DNA of 64,000 nucleotides from Myxococcota bacterium (lineage in GTDB: Bacteria; Myxococcota_A; UBA9160; UBA4427): positions 1,280,001-1,344,000 of the forward strand of contig OZ252299.1 of the NCBI GenBank assembly GCA_965250285.1. The letters run 5' to 3'. Position numbers and translations under genes: made by a program. Below are positions 54,423 to 64,000 of this stretch, one piece after another (position 1 is the stretch's first letter; each line of letters opens with the position of its first letter). The notes beneath the pieces are model-generated. The model ran no database searches, was not told the DNA's origin, and saw only the letters and a program-made list of their open reading frames with translations.

Positions 54423-55700
54423 CTAGCGGCGCTCGAACTCGATCCAGACCGAGGGGTAGCTTCGCAGGATCATGCTGGGCTCGACCTCGGGCTCGGGATG
54501 CGACGTCGACAATCGAAGGTGCTGGAGCCGATCGAGCAGCGCGGCGAAGCCGCGGTTGAGTTCTTGCCGGGACAGCGGCGCGCCGGGGCAGTGGTGTGTC
54601 CCCGAGCCGAACGAGAAGTGCGAGCCCGGGTTCTTGCGGTGAAGATCCACGGCGTCGGGGTTCGGAAACTGACGTTCATCGCGGTTCGCCGCCCCGAATC
54701 GCAGCATGATCATGTCGCCCTTCGCGAGCTTCACGCCGCCGAGCTCGGTGTCTTCGGTGACGAGCCGCGGCAAGCCCTGCACCGGCGCCTCGAGGCGGAG
54801 CGCCTCTTCGACGAAGGCGCGCAGCGCCTTCGCGTCGCCGCGGATCTGATCCTGCAGCTCGGGCTGGCGACACAGCAGCTCCATCGCGAAGCCGAACGAG
54901 CTCGCGGTGGTCTCGTGGCCCGCGACGAGGAACTGGTTGAGGATGCTCCAGAGCTCGGCCGCGTCGAGCCCGCGGTCTTCGCCCTCGAGCAGCCCCTGGG
55001 CGAGCACCGTGGCCATGTCCTCACGCGGATCGTCGCGGCGAGATTCGACGAGGGCGACCATGTCGTCCTGAAGGTCGGCGAGCACCGTTGCGCGGCGCAG
55101 CGTTTCTTCGGGGGGATGGGTCGTCATGCGGAGTGTCGAGGCGGACACGGTCGCCCCCTCGTAGAAGCGCTCGCGATCCGCCTCTTCGACGCCGAGCCGG
55201 TCGGCGATCACCCGAAGCGGCACTGGGTTGCCGAAGGCGGCCATGAAGTCGACCGGCCCGTCGGTCTCGATGAACGCGTCGATCGCTTCATGGATGATCG
55301 CGTCGACCTGGGGCTGGGCCTGCTTGACGCGCCCGGCCGTGAAGAGCTGGCTCACGATCGAGCGGTAGCGGGTGTGCACCGGCTCGTCGGCGGTCAGCAA
55401 CGTGTCGACGGGCATGTGCATGCGTCTTCGCTGGGCGGTGAGCGCCTCCTTGATGTCGGCGGGAATCTCGCCCGCGCCGCCGCCCGCGCCCGCGAGAAAG
55501 AGGCCGAACTGACTGGAGTAGGTCTTCGTGTCGCGGATCGCCTCGTTCACGAGGTCGTACCGGGTCACGACCTTGATGCCGGCGCCCGGGATCTCGTAGA
55601 CGGGCACGTGATCGCGCAGCTGCTTGTACGTCGACCACGGGTCGATGAGGGTCTCGGGTGCGAAGAACGAGATGGCGCCGAGGTCGGGGGCCGAGCTCAT
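54423..55700 (-). CDS. Cytochrome P450
   Basis: AGHETT, EEALRL, FGSGTHHCPG. Confidence 0.95.
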   Translation of the reverse strand: MSSAPDLGAISFFAPETLIDPWSTYKQLRDHVPVYEIPGAGIKVVTRYDLVNEAIRDTKTYSSQFGLFLAGAGGGAGEIPADIKEALTAQRRRMHMPVDTLLTADEPVHTRYRSIVSQLFTAGRVKQAQPQVDAIIHEAIDAFIETDGPVDFMAAFGNPVPLRVIADRLGVEEADRERFYEGATVSASTLRMTTHPPEETLRRATVLADLQDDMVALVESRRDDPREDMATVLAQGLLEGEDRGLDAAELWSILNQFLVAGHETTASSFGFAMELLCRQPELQDQIRGDAKALRAFVEEALRLEAPVQGLPRLVTEDTELGGVKLAKGDMIMLRFGAANRDERQFPNPDAVDLHRKNPGSHFSFGSGTHHCPGAPLSRQELNRGFAALLDRLQHLRLSTSHPEPEVEPSMILRSYPSVWIEFERR

Positions 55701-56575
55701 GATGCGTCCTCCGCGCGCTTCGCCTGTTCACGAATGATGCGCGCGCCTGCGGGATCGACGGGGATGCCGTGTACCTGCACGTTGTGCGAGTGCCCGAGCT
55801 GCTGCAGCGACATCGCGGCCTGGAGCGCGTTCCAGAGCCCCTGGGCATCCTGCGCTTGATTGACCGACTGCTTCGCCAGCTTGAGACCCATCGACGGTCG
55901 ACTCGCGATGCGAGAGGCGAGGTCGAGCGTGAAATCGGCGAGATCGCTCGGCGTGACCACGTGGTTCACCATGCCGAGCGCCTTGCCTTCTTCGGCCGAG
56001 ATCGCGTCACCGGTGAAGAGCATCTCTTTCGCTTTGCGCACGCCGAGCTCCCACGGATGCGCGAAGTACTCGACGCCGTTCACGCCGAACGCGACGACCG
56101 GGTCGCTGAACGTCGCGTCGTCGCTCGCGACCACGAGGTCGCAGACCCAGACGAGCATCAGGCCGCCGGCGATCACCTTGCCCTGCACCTGCGCGATCGT
56201 CGGCTTGGGCAGATTTCGCCAGCGCCAGCACAGACCGAGGTAGATCTCGTGCTCGACGGCCATGTGGCCTTCGGCGCCCGGCAGCGTGAACCCGCCCCAG
56301 GCCCCCACCGGCTCGAAGTCGTCGACCGCGCTGCGGTCGCGCAGGTCGTGCCCGGACGAGAAGTGCGGGCCGTCGGCCGCGAGCACGATGCAGCGCACGG
56401 CGTCATCGCGCGCTGCGCGGTCGAACGCCGCGTTCAACTCGTACGTCATGCGCTTGTCCTGTGCATTTCGGGCGTCGGCGCGGGCGAGTACGATGCGCGC
56501 GACCCCCTCGGCCGGCGTCTCCCAGCGGACGTGCTCCCACGCGCTCGGCGCGTCGGGCGAGATGGCTTCGGACAT
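55697..56575 (-). CDS. Enoyl-CoA hydratase/isomerase
   Basis: FSSGHDL, PKPTIAQVQG, AGGLML, KEMLFTG. Confidence 0.92.
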   Translation of the reverse strand: MSEAISPDAPSAWEHVRWETPAEGVARIVLARADARNAQDKRMTYELNAAFDRAARDDAVRCIVLAADGPHFSSGHDLRDRSAVDDFEPVGAWGGFTLPGAEGHMAVEHEIYLGLCWRWRNLPKPTIAQVQGKVIAGGLMLVWVCDLVVASDDATFSDPVVAFGVNGVEYFAHPWELGVRKAKEMLFTGDAISAEEGKALGMVNHVVTPSDLADFTLDLASRIASRPSMGLKLAKQSVNQAQDAQGLWNALQAAMSLQQLGHSHNVQVHGIPVDPAGARIIREQAKRAEDAS

Positions 56576-56680
56576 GGCTCTCCTCGGCGGGCAGTCCAGT
56601 TGATTTTAACGCGTGCAAATGCTCTCATGAAAGCCCGGATTCGGGCCTTCGGCGAGTCCGGGCACACGGAGGGCCGCGCC

Positions 56681-57652
56681 ATGGATCTCTCGCGGGACGA
56701 CCTGATCGGCGTCTACCGCCGGATGCGCACGATCCGCTCGTTCGAGGAGAAGCTCCTCGAGCTCGTCTCCGCCGGAAAGATCGGCGGCTTCATGCACCTG
56801 TACGCCGGCGAAGAAGCCGTGGCGGTGGGCGTCTGCGACCAGCTCGGCGACGCCGACTGGGTCGGCTCGACCCACCGCGGTCACGGTCACTGCATCGCGA
56901 AGGGCGTCGACGTGAAGGGCATGGTGGCCGAGCTCTTCGGGCGCGCGACCGGCACGAACCGCGGCAAGGGCGGCTCGATGCACATTGCCGACGTGCACAA
57001 GGGCATGCTCGGCGCGAACGGCATCGTGGGCGGGGGGATTCCGCTGGTCACCGGTGCGGCGCTGACCGCGCAGGTGCAGGGCACGCGCAACGTGGCGGTC
57101 GGGTTCTTCGGCGATGGCGCGACGAACCAGGGGCAGTTCCACGAATCGCTCACGATGGCTTCGAACTGGGGCCTGCCTGCGCTCTACGTGTGTGAGAACA
57201 ACGGTTTCGGTGAGTTCACGCCCACCGAGTTCGTCGTGCCGGTGAAGGACATCATCGAGCGCGCCGCCGCCTACGGCATGCGCGCCGTCATCGCCGACGG
57301 CATGGACTACTTCGACGTCGCCGCGAAGGCGGCCGAGGCGATCGAAATCGCGCGCGACGGCGGTGGCCCCACTTTGCTCGAGTGCAAGACGTACCGCTTC
57401 TACGGCCACTACGTCGGGGACCCGGTGGTGTATCGCAACAAGGAAGAGGCCGAGGACTGGATCCAGAACCGCGATCCGCTCGCGCTCTTCGAGACGAAGG
57501 TCACCGAGTCGGGGGTCGTCGACGGCGATGCGCTGCGCACGGTCGACGGCGAGGTCGAGCAGCTGATGCGCGAGGCGGTCGAAGAGGCCGACGCGGCCCC
57601 GTTCCCGAAGCCGGCCGACGTTCTGACCGACGTCTACACGAGGTACGAGTGA
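56681..57652 (+). CDS. acoA: TPP-dependent dehydrogenase E1 alpha (AcoA-like)
   Basis: HLYAGEEA, STHRGHGH, GKGGSMH, FGDGATNQG, TYRFYGH. Confidence 0.88.
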   Translation: MDLSRDDLIGVYRRMRTIRSFEEKLLELVSAGKIGGFMHLYAGEEAVAVGVCDQLGDADWVGSTHRGHGHCIAKGVDVKGMVAELFGRATGTNRGKGGSMHIADVHKGMLGANGIVGGGIPLVTGAALTAQVQGTRNVAVGFFGDGATNQGQFHESLTMASNWGLPALYVCENNGFGEFTPTEFVVPVKDIIERAAAYGMRAVIADGMDYFDVAAKAAEAIEIARDGGGPTLLECKTYRFYGHYVGDPVVYRNKEEAEDWIQNRDPLALFETKVTESGVVDGDALRTVDGEVEQLMREAVEEADAAPFPKPADVLTDVYTRYE

Positions 57653-57730
57653 TCGGTCCGGACCGAACGCGCGCGTTCGCTCCCCAACCGATGATGGCTC
57701 AGTTCGACACGCACACGAGGTACGAGTGAT
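57636..57730. repeat. 18-bp direct repeat flanking a 59-bp palindromic insert
   Basis: ACACGAGGTACGAGTGAT at 57636..57653 and 57713..57730. Confidence 0.85.
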
Positions 57731-58736
57731 GGGACGACAGCTTCCCTTTGGCGCTGCGGTCAACGAGGCGATCGCGATCGCGATGCGCAGCGATCCCAAC
57801 GTGATCCTGATCGGCGAGGACGTCGCCGGCGGCGGCGATCGCACGAAGGACGGCACCGAGGAGATGGGCGGGGTGCTCGGCACGACCAAGGGCCTCGTGG
57901 GTGAGTTCGGGATGAATCGCGTGCGCGACACGCCGATTGCCGAGATGGGACTCATCGGCACCGCGGTCGGCGCCGCCGCCACGGGTCTGCGGCCCGTCGC
58001 CGAGCTGATGTTCATGGACTTTCTCGGGACGAGTCTCGATCCGCTGCTCAATCAAGCGGCCAAGCTCCGCTACATGCTCGGCGGCAAGGTCAAGGTGCCG
58101 CTCACGGTGCGCACGGTGAGTGGGGCCGGCATGCAGGCCGCGGCCCAGCACTCGCAGTCGCTCTACTGGATGACGACGGGTATCCCCGGCATCAAGACGG
58201 TGATCCCCTCGAACCCCTACGACGCCAAGGGGTTGCTGCTCGCCTCGATTCGCGACGACGACCCCGTCGTCTTCTGTGAATCGAAGGGGGTGCTCGGCAC
58301 GATGGCCGAGGTGCCCGAAGACGACTATGAGCTGCCGATCGGCCAGGCGCACGTGGTGCGCGAGGGCAGCGACGTGTCGCTCGTCGGGTTCGGTGCCACC
58401 GTGAAGGTCGCGCTCGCGGCGGCCGAGGCCCTCGAAGGCGCCGGAACCAGCGTCGAGGTGATCGATCTGCGCTCGCTCTCACCGATCGACGAGGCGACGC
58501 TGCTCGCGTCGCTCGAGAAGACCGGCCGCATGGTGATCGTCGACGAGTCGACGCCGCGTTGCTCGGTGGCGCGCGACATCGCCGCGGTCTGCGTCGACAA
58601 GGGCTTCGACTTTCTGAACGCGCCGGTCAAGTGCGTGACGGCCCCCCACACGCCGGTGCCGTTCAGCGGCCCCCTCGAGCAAGCCTTCATGCCGAGTGCC
58701 CAGGACGTGCTCGACGCCGTCGGGGAGATGGGCTGA
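57729..58736 (+). CDS. acoB: TPP-dependent dehydrogenase E1 beta (AcoB-like)
   Basis: IGEDVAG, DTPIAE, ELMFMDF, AAQHSQS, PHTPVPFS. Confidence 0.88.
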   Translation: MGRQLPFGAAVNEAIAIAMRSDPNVILIGEDVAGGGDRTKDGTEEMGGVLGTTKGLVGEFGMNRVRDTPIAEMGLIGTAVGAAATGLRPVAELMFMDFLGTSLDPLLNQAAKLRYMLGGKVKVPLTVRTVSGAGMQAAAQHSQSLYWMTTGIPGIKTVIPSNPYDAKGLLLASIRDDDPVVFCESKGVLGTMAEVPEDDYELPIGQAHVVREGSDVSLVGFGATVKVALAAAEALEGAGTSVEVIDLRSLSPIDEATLLASLEKTGRMVIVDESTPRCSVARDIAAVCVDKGFDFLNAPVKCVTAPHTPVPFSGPLEQAFMPSAQDVLDAVGEMG

Positions 58737-60019
58737 TGGGGGCCCACGCCATCGCGATGCCGAGCCTCGGCATGACCATGGAAGAGGGCACGGTGCTCGA
58801 CTGGCCGCTCTCGGTGGGCGACGCGGTCGCCAAGGGCGACGTCGTGCTCGTGATCGAGTCGGAGAAGACCGAAAGCGAAGTCGAGGCCGTCGCCGCGGGC
58901 TTCTTCCGCCACGTCTACGTCGACGCCGATGAGACGGTGCCCTGCGGCACGCTGCTCGGGGCGATCACCGACACCGCCGAAGAGCCCTTCGACGCCGAGG
59001 CGTTCCGCGCCGAGCACGATCGGCCGAGCGAGTCGACCGGCGGGCTCCAGGTGCGCGGCATCGGGAAAGCTGCGCCCGACGAGCAGGTCGCTCCCGCGGC
59101 GCGCGCCGACAAGCCGGTGGCCCCGGCGGCGCGCGCGGCCGCGAAGAAGCTCGGCGTCGATCCCCAGCAGATCCCGGGCACCGGCCCGAAGGGTCGCGTG
59201 ACGAAGGAGGACGTCGAGGCGTTCGCTGCCGCGCGCGAGGCGCTCGTCGACGTCGGCGACGGGGTTGCACTCGAGGTCTTGAGCGAGGGGCAGGGCGACC
59301 GTGTGGTGCTGTTGCCGGGGCTCGGGACCGACGTGTCGGCGTTCGTGCGTCAGACCCCGATGCTCGCCGAGCGCTTCGAAGTGCACGCCGTGAACCCGCG
59401 CGGTGTCGGGCTCTCGGATGCGCCCGAAGCCGACGTCTACGACGTCGGCCGCATGGCGACCGAGGCGGCCGCCAGCTTCGAAGGCGCGGCCCATGTCGTC
59501 GGCGCGAGCCTTGGCGCGGCCACTGCCCTCGAGCTCGCCCTCGCGCACCCCGGACGCGCCCGCTCGCTCACGCTGATCACGCCCTTCGTCGAAGCGAGTG
59601 CGCGACTGCGCGCGCTCGCCGACGGCTGGTCACGGGTGGCGGGCGAGGCGTCGGCCGAGACCCTCGCCGCGTCGCTGCTGCCCTGGTTCTTCTCGGCCGG
59701 CTTCCTCGCCGACGAGACTGCGCGCGGTCGGACACTGCGCGGCCTCGCGCAGACGGTGGCCCGGGTACCGGCGTCGACGATCGCTCGCATGGCGGCCGGG
59801 ATCGCGGCGTGGTCGGGTTCACGGGTCGAGGATCTCGCCCGAATCGACGCACCGACGCTCGTGATCGCCGCCGGTGACGATCTGCTGACGCCCGGCGCCG
59901 AGGCGATCGCACAGGCGATCCCCGGTGCGAAGCTCGTCGTCGTGGAAGGCGCGGGGCACGCCGTCGCGCTCGAGGCAGCCGAAGCGGTCAACGAAGCCCT
60001 GGCCGCACATCTCGGCTGA
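58736..60019 (+). CDS. acoC: AcoC-like E2: lipoyl domain, E3-binding domain and alpha/beta hydrolase
   Basis: MPSLGMTMEEG...IESEK lipoyl domain, GTGPKGRVTKEDV, GASLG, GAGH. Confidence 0.82.
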   Translation: MGAHAIAMPSLGMTMEEGTVLDWPLSVGDAVAKGDVVLVIESEKTESEVEAVAAGFFRHVYVDADETVPCGTLLGAITDTAEEPFDAEAFRAEHDRPSESTGGLQVRGIGKAAPDEQVAPAARADKPVAPAARAAAKKLGVDPQQIPGTGPKGRVTKEDVEAFAAAREALVDVGDGVALEVLSEGQGDRVVLLPGLGTDVSAFVRQTPMLAERFEVHAVNPRGVGLSDAPEADVYDVGRMATEAAASFEGAAHVVGASLGAATALELALAHPGRARSLTLITPFVEASARLRALADGWSRVAGEASAETLAASLLPWFFSAGFLADETARGRTLRGLAQTVARVPASTIARMAAGIAAWSGSRVEDLARIDAPTLVIAAGDDLLTPGAEAIAQAIPGAKLVVVEGAGHAVALEAAEAVNEALAAHLG

Positions 60020-60073
60020 GGCGATCCCACGCGGGCGTGCTCAGCGCGTCGCGGTCGAGCTGGAGAAGCCCAG

Positions 60074-61597
60074 ATGGTCGCCTTCGCGAAGCAGCGAGCC
60101 GAAGCCCACCCCGACGAGATCGCGCTGCGCGATCCCGACCGGGCCTTCACGTGGGCCGAGGTCGATGCACTGCTGAACCGCGTGGCGAACGCGCTGCTCG
60201 CGGTCGACCTCGGCGTGCACCACCGCATCGCGGTGTTCGCCGAGAACGCCGCCGAGACGGCGCTGGCCCACATGGGCGGCCTGATCGGCGGCGCGTCGAC
60301 GGTGCCGGTCAACTTTCACCTCACCGCCGAAGAGGTGGCGTACATCCTCGAAGACTCGGGGGCGACCCTGCTCTTCGTCGGCCCCGAGACGGCCGAACGC
60401 GGCGTTGTCGCCGCGCGCCGCGCGGGTGTCGCCGACGTGATCGGCTGGCGCTGCGACGGCGTCGAGGGCGTGCGGTCATGGGTCGACTGGCTCGCGGAGA
60501 GCCGCGACGACGATCCGCCGACTGGCCACGCCCCGCGGCCCAACCTGCTCTACACGTCGGGCACGACCGGGCGACCCAAGGGCACCGAGCTGCCGCCGAC
60601 GATGTTCGCGGCGGGCGAGACCATCGCCGAACACCTCGAGAACGTCGCCAAGAGCCCGCTGGCTGCGCCGGGGATCCACGGCGTCGTCGGGCCGCTCTAT
60701 CACACGGGTCCGCTCGCGGGCTCGCGCAGCCTGGTGGCGGGAGTGCCGATCGTGATCCTCGGTCGCTTCGACGCCGAAGCGACGCTGCGCGCGATCCAGG
60801 ATCATCGCATCGCGGGCACCGTCATGGTGCCGACCCACTTCGTTCGTCTGCTCGCCCTGCCCGAACCCGTGCGGGCGCAGTACGACCTGTCGAGCTTGCG
60901 CGTCGTGTCGCACACCGGTGCGGCGTGTCCCGTCGACGTCAAGCGGGCGATGATCGACTGGTTCGGGCCCGTGCTCTTCGAGGCGTACGGCGCGAGCGAG
61001 GTCGGCACGACGTGCGCGATCACCTCGCAGGACTGGCTCGAGCACCCGGGCTCGGTGGGACGCCCCCTGCCGCCCTTCGAGGTGCTGGTGGTCGATGACG
61101 ACGGCCACGAGCTGCCCGCCGGCGAGGAGGGGCGGCTCTACTTCGTCGACACGACGGGCCGCGGGGTCGTCTATCACAACGACCCCGAGAAATCGGCGGC
61201 GGCGCACCTGCGGCCCGGCGTCTTCACGCTGGGCGAGATCGGCTATGTCGATGCCGACGGCTTCGTCTTCATCACCGATCGCTTCAGCGACATGGTGGTG
61301 TCGGGGGGCGTGAACATCTATCCCGCCGAGAGCGAGAAGGAGCTGATCAACCATCCGGGCATCGCCGACGTGGCGTGCATCGGCGTGCCTCACACCGAGA
61401 TGGGCGAAGAGCTCAAGGCGCTCGTGATCCCCGAAGACCCAGCGGCGCCCCCCGGCGAGCGCGAGATCCTCGACTGGATCCGCGCGCGGATCGCGACCTA
61501 CAAGTGCCCGCGCAGCGTCGAGTTCGTAGGCGACCTCGGCCGCAACAGCATGGGCAAGATCAACAAACGAAAGCTCCGGGCGCCCTACTGGGATTAG
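60074..61597 (+). CDS. Acyl-CoA synthetase (AMP-binding)
   Basis: YTSGTTGRPKG, YGASE, SGGVNIYPAE, MGKINKR. Confidence 0.92.
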   Translation: MVAFAKQRAEAHPDEIALRDPDRAFTWAEVDALLNRVANALLAVDLGVHHRIAVFAENAAETALAHMGGLIGGASTVPVNFHLTAEEVAYILEDSGATLLFVGPETAERGVVAARRAGVADVIGWRCDGVEGVRSWVDWLAESRDDDPPTGHAPRPNLLYTSGTTGRPKGTELPPTMFAAGETIAEHLENVAKSPLAAPGIHGVVGPLYHTGPLAGSRSLVAGVPIVILGRFDAEATLRAIQDHRIAGTVMVPTHFVRLLALPEPVRAQYDLSSLRVVSHTGAACPVDVKRAMIDWFGPVLFEAYGASEVGTTCAITSQDWLEHPGSVGRPLPPFEVLVVDDDGHELPAGEEGRLYFVDTTGRGVVYHNDPEKSAAAHLRPGVFTLGEIGYVDADGFVFITDRFSDMVVSGGVNIYPAESEKELINHPGIADVACIGVPHTEMGEELKALVIPEDPAAPPGEREILDWIRARIATYKCPRSVEFVGDLGRNSMGKINKRKLRAPYWD

Positions 61598-61681
61598 GGT
61601 GTTTCGGGCGCGAAATCGGCGCCTCGGCGCGCTCACGCGCTTGACGGCCCCGCGCTTTATCGTGTTAAAATCGGTTCGACC

Positions 61682-62353
61682 ATGACCCGTGTCGCCGAGC
61701 AGATGGCCGAGCGCCGAGAGCGCATCCTCGAGGCCGCCCGTGAGATCGTCGCCGAGCGCGGCTTCGACGGTCTGACGGTGCGCGAGCTCGCGCGCGTCGC
61801 CGGGGTGACCGCCCCGACGATCTACAACCTCGTCGGCAACCGCGATCAGGTGCTCGTGGCCGCCGTGGCAGAGCAGACCGAGCGCTTCCTGGCCAGCATC
61901 GAGCGCGCCGAAGGCGACGTGCTCGCCGTCGTCGACGCGAACCTGAACGAGCTGCTGCGCCGTCCGCGCTACTACCGCTCGCTGCTGCGCCTGTTGGTCA
62001 GCAGTGAGGCAGCGGCGCCGGCCCGTCGAGACGTCAGTCGCGCACTCCAGGGTCAGCTGCGCGACGCCCTCGGTGAGCTCGCCGAAGAGGGCGGCGTCGA
62101 AGCCTGGGTCGACCTCGACGCGCTGACCGCCCAGCTCGGGAGCGTGCTCTGGGGGGCCAGTGTGGGCTGGGCGCACGAGTGGCTCTCGGATGAGCGCTTC
62201 GCGCGCCAGGAGCGACTGGGTGTCGCCTACCTGATGGTCGGCGCGACGCTGGGCGCGGCGCGAACGCAGTACGTCGACGTCGTCGAAGCGCTGCAGTCGG
62301 GCGACACCGATGCGGGTCTGGCCCCCGTCACCTCACTCGAGGGCCGCAGATGA
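61682..62353 (+). CDS. TetR/AcrR family transcriptional regulator
   Basis: RERILEAA...LTVRELARVAGVTAPTIYN. Confidence 0.92.
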   Translation: MTRVAEQMAERRERILEAAREIVAERGFDGLTVRELARVAGVTAPTIYNLVGNRDQVLVAAVAEQTERFLASIERAEGDVLAVVDANLNELLRRPRYYRSLLRLLVSSEAAAPARRDVSRALQGQLRDALGELAEEGGVEAWVDLDALTAQLGSVLWGASVGWAHEWLSDERFARQERLGVAYLMVGATLGAARTQYVDVVEALQSGDTDAGLAPVTSLEGRR

Positions 62354-62619
62354 GAATGCAGCACCCGCTCACCCAGGCGATGTACCGCCTGATCGACGAC
62401 GACCTCGTCGAGGTCGAGCTCGAAGGGCGCACGGGGGTGTTTCGAGCCGATGGTCGCCATGTGCGCGGCGATCTCAAGGCGGCCGACCCCCACCTGATCG
62501 TCTTCATGATCGGCTCGGAACGCATGGCGCGACGGAGAACCCGGCGCGCGTCCACGAACGATGGCGTGGCTCTCCCGACGCTCGGGACCGGCACGCGCGG
62601 AAGAGGGAGCAAGAGTTTC
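62350..62619 (+). CDS. Small hypothetical domain running in frame, without a stop, into the SDR
   Basis: ATGA overlap with tetR; about 60 aa of protein-like sequence, then a linker. Confidence 0.5.
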
Positions 62620-63378
62620 ATGGATCTCGGACTCGAAGGCAGGAAGGCGGTCATCACCGCCGCGTCGCGCGGTATCGGTCTCGCGATCGCCCAGCAGCTC
62701 GCCGATCTCGGCTGCGACATCGCGATCTGCGCGCGCAGCGAGGGGGGCCTCGAATCGGCGCGCAAGGATCTCGAAGCGCGCGGCGCCACCGTGTTCACGA
62801 GCGCGCTCGACGTCGGGGATGGCGAGGCGCTTCAGCAGTTCGTCGCCGATGCGGCGAGCGAACTCGGCGGCATCGACATCTACGTGGCGAATGCCTCGGC
62901 GGGCGGCGCCCCGGGCGCCGACGCCTGGCAGGCGAACTTCGACATCGACGTGATGGGTGCCGTACGCGGTGTCGACGCGGCGCTGCCGAGCCTCGCCGAG
63001 AGCGACGCAGCGAGCGTCGTTTTCATCAGCTCGACCGCCGCGCTCGAGTTCCTCGGCGTCCCCCAGGCGTACAACGCGATGAAGGCGGCGCTGATCACCC
63101 ACGCCGGCGACCTCAGCCAGGCGCTGGCCGGGCAGGGCGTGCGCGTCAACGTCGTGTCGCCGGGGCCCGTGTACTTCGAGGGCGGCAACTGGGACATGAT
63201 CAAGAACGCGATGCCCGCGATCTACGAGAACGCGCTGTCACAGTGCGCGATCGGCCGCATGGGCACGCCCGAGGAGGTGGCGCGGGCGGTCGCGTTCCTG
63301 TCGAGCCCCGCTGCGAGCCTGATCACCGGCGCCAACCTCGTCGCCGACGGGGGCTTCACCAAGCGCGTGCCCTTCTAG
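62620..63378 (+). CDS. SDR family oxidoreductase
   Basis: VITAASRGIG, YNAMK (YxxxK), VNVVSPG, GANLVADGG; own RBS GAGGGAG. Confidence 0.92.
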   Translation: MDLGLEGRKAVITAASRGIGLAIAQQLADLGCDIAICARSEGGLESARKDLEARGATVFTSALDVGDGEALQQFVADAASELGGIDIYVANASAGGAPGADAWQANFDIDVMGAVRGVDAALPSLAESDAASVVFISSTAALEFLGVPQAYNAMKAALITHAGDLSQALAGQGVRVNVVSPGPVYFEGGNWDMIKNAMPAIYENALSQCAIGRMGTPEEVARAVAFLSSPAASLITGANLVADGGFTKRVPF

Positions 63379-63425
63379 GTCGCGTGCACGGTCGCGCCGT
63401 TCGCGGCGCAACGGGGAGGAACGGC

Positions 63426-64000
63426 ATGGCCATGGAGCCGCTCGTCGAGATCGAAGCCGGCCAGGGGCCGCGCTCCACCGGGATCCCATATCAGGCGCTG
63501 CTCGACCTCGAGTCTCGCCCCGTGCCCGATACGCTGCGCATCGAGTCGGCGCGCGAGATCCCCGCCGTCAAGGTGCCGATCGAGCGCTACACCTCGCGCG
63601 CCTTCCACGACCTCGAAGTCGAGAAGGTGTGGAAGAAGACCTGGCAATTCGCGTGTCGCGAGGAGCAGATCCCCGAGCCCGGCGATCACTTCGTATACGA
63701 CATCGCGAACCTCTCGCTCGTGATCGTGCGCGGCCCCGATCGAGAGATTCGCGCCTTTCACAACGTGTGCCTGCACCGCGGGCGCAAGCTCAAGGACCAT
63801 GCCGGCGGCGGTCACGAGCTCCGCTGTCCGTTTCACGGCTGGACCTGGGATCTCGACGGTTCGCTCAAGACCGTCCCCTGTCGTTGGGACTTCCCGCACG
63901 TCGATCGCGACGACTATGCGCTGCCCGAGGCGAAGGTCGGCACCTGGGGCGGCTTCGTGTTCGTCAACATGGACCCGAACTGCGACTCGCTCGAGTCGCA
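63426..64000 (+). CDS. Rieske aromatic ring-hydroxylating oxygenase alpha subunit (3' partial)
   Basis: Not in the ORF track; translated by hand: MAMEPLVE...NVCLHRG...CPFHGW; RBS GGAGG. Confidence 0.92.
   Translation, partial: MAMEPLVEIEAGQGPRSTGIPYQALLDLESRPVPDTLRIESAREIPAVKVPIERYTSRAFHDLEVEKVWKKTWQFACREEQIPEPGDHFVYDIANLSLVIVRGPDREIRAFHNVCLHRGRKLKDHAGGGHELRCPFHGWTWDLDGSLKTVPCRWDFPHVDRDDYALPEAKVGTWGGFVFVNMDPNCDSLES

Overview
High-GC bacterial chromosome segment. Gene content (PEP-CTERM proteins, tig-clpP-clpX-lon, many acyl-CoA ligases, P450s and a Rieske oxygenase) suggests a Myxococcota/deltaproteobacterial lineage; this is inference only. About 55 CDSs and four tRNAs (Lys-CTT, Leu-TAG, Val-TAC, Asp-GTC). 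A housekeeping backbone (tRNA-Leu ... tig-clpP-clpX-lon-tRNA-Val ... tRNA-Asp) is interleaved with accessory blocks for lipid, acyl-CoA and possibly sterol metabolism, and for surface-anchored proteins. Strongest hidden signal: a redoxin plus DsbD-N-like fusion (30785..32005, minus strand) that the ORF track splits at an in-frame UGA. The UGA sits in a W-U-P-P-C motif and is followed by a SECIS-like hairpin, so this is probably a selenoprotein. Other notable items are an ATP-grasp/KamA/MurJ cluster, an lva-like (ACAD10/11-like) kinase-dehydrogenase operon, a TA-like nucleotidyltransferase pair beside tRNA-Leu, an EBP-like sterol isomerase homologue, a PEP-CTERM protein with three long repeats, and a small palindromic insertion with an 18-bp direct repeat in an aco-like operon. 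No integrase, transposase, rRNA or CRISPR array was seen. All calls are by-eye motif recognition; no database searches were run.
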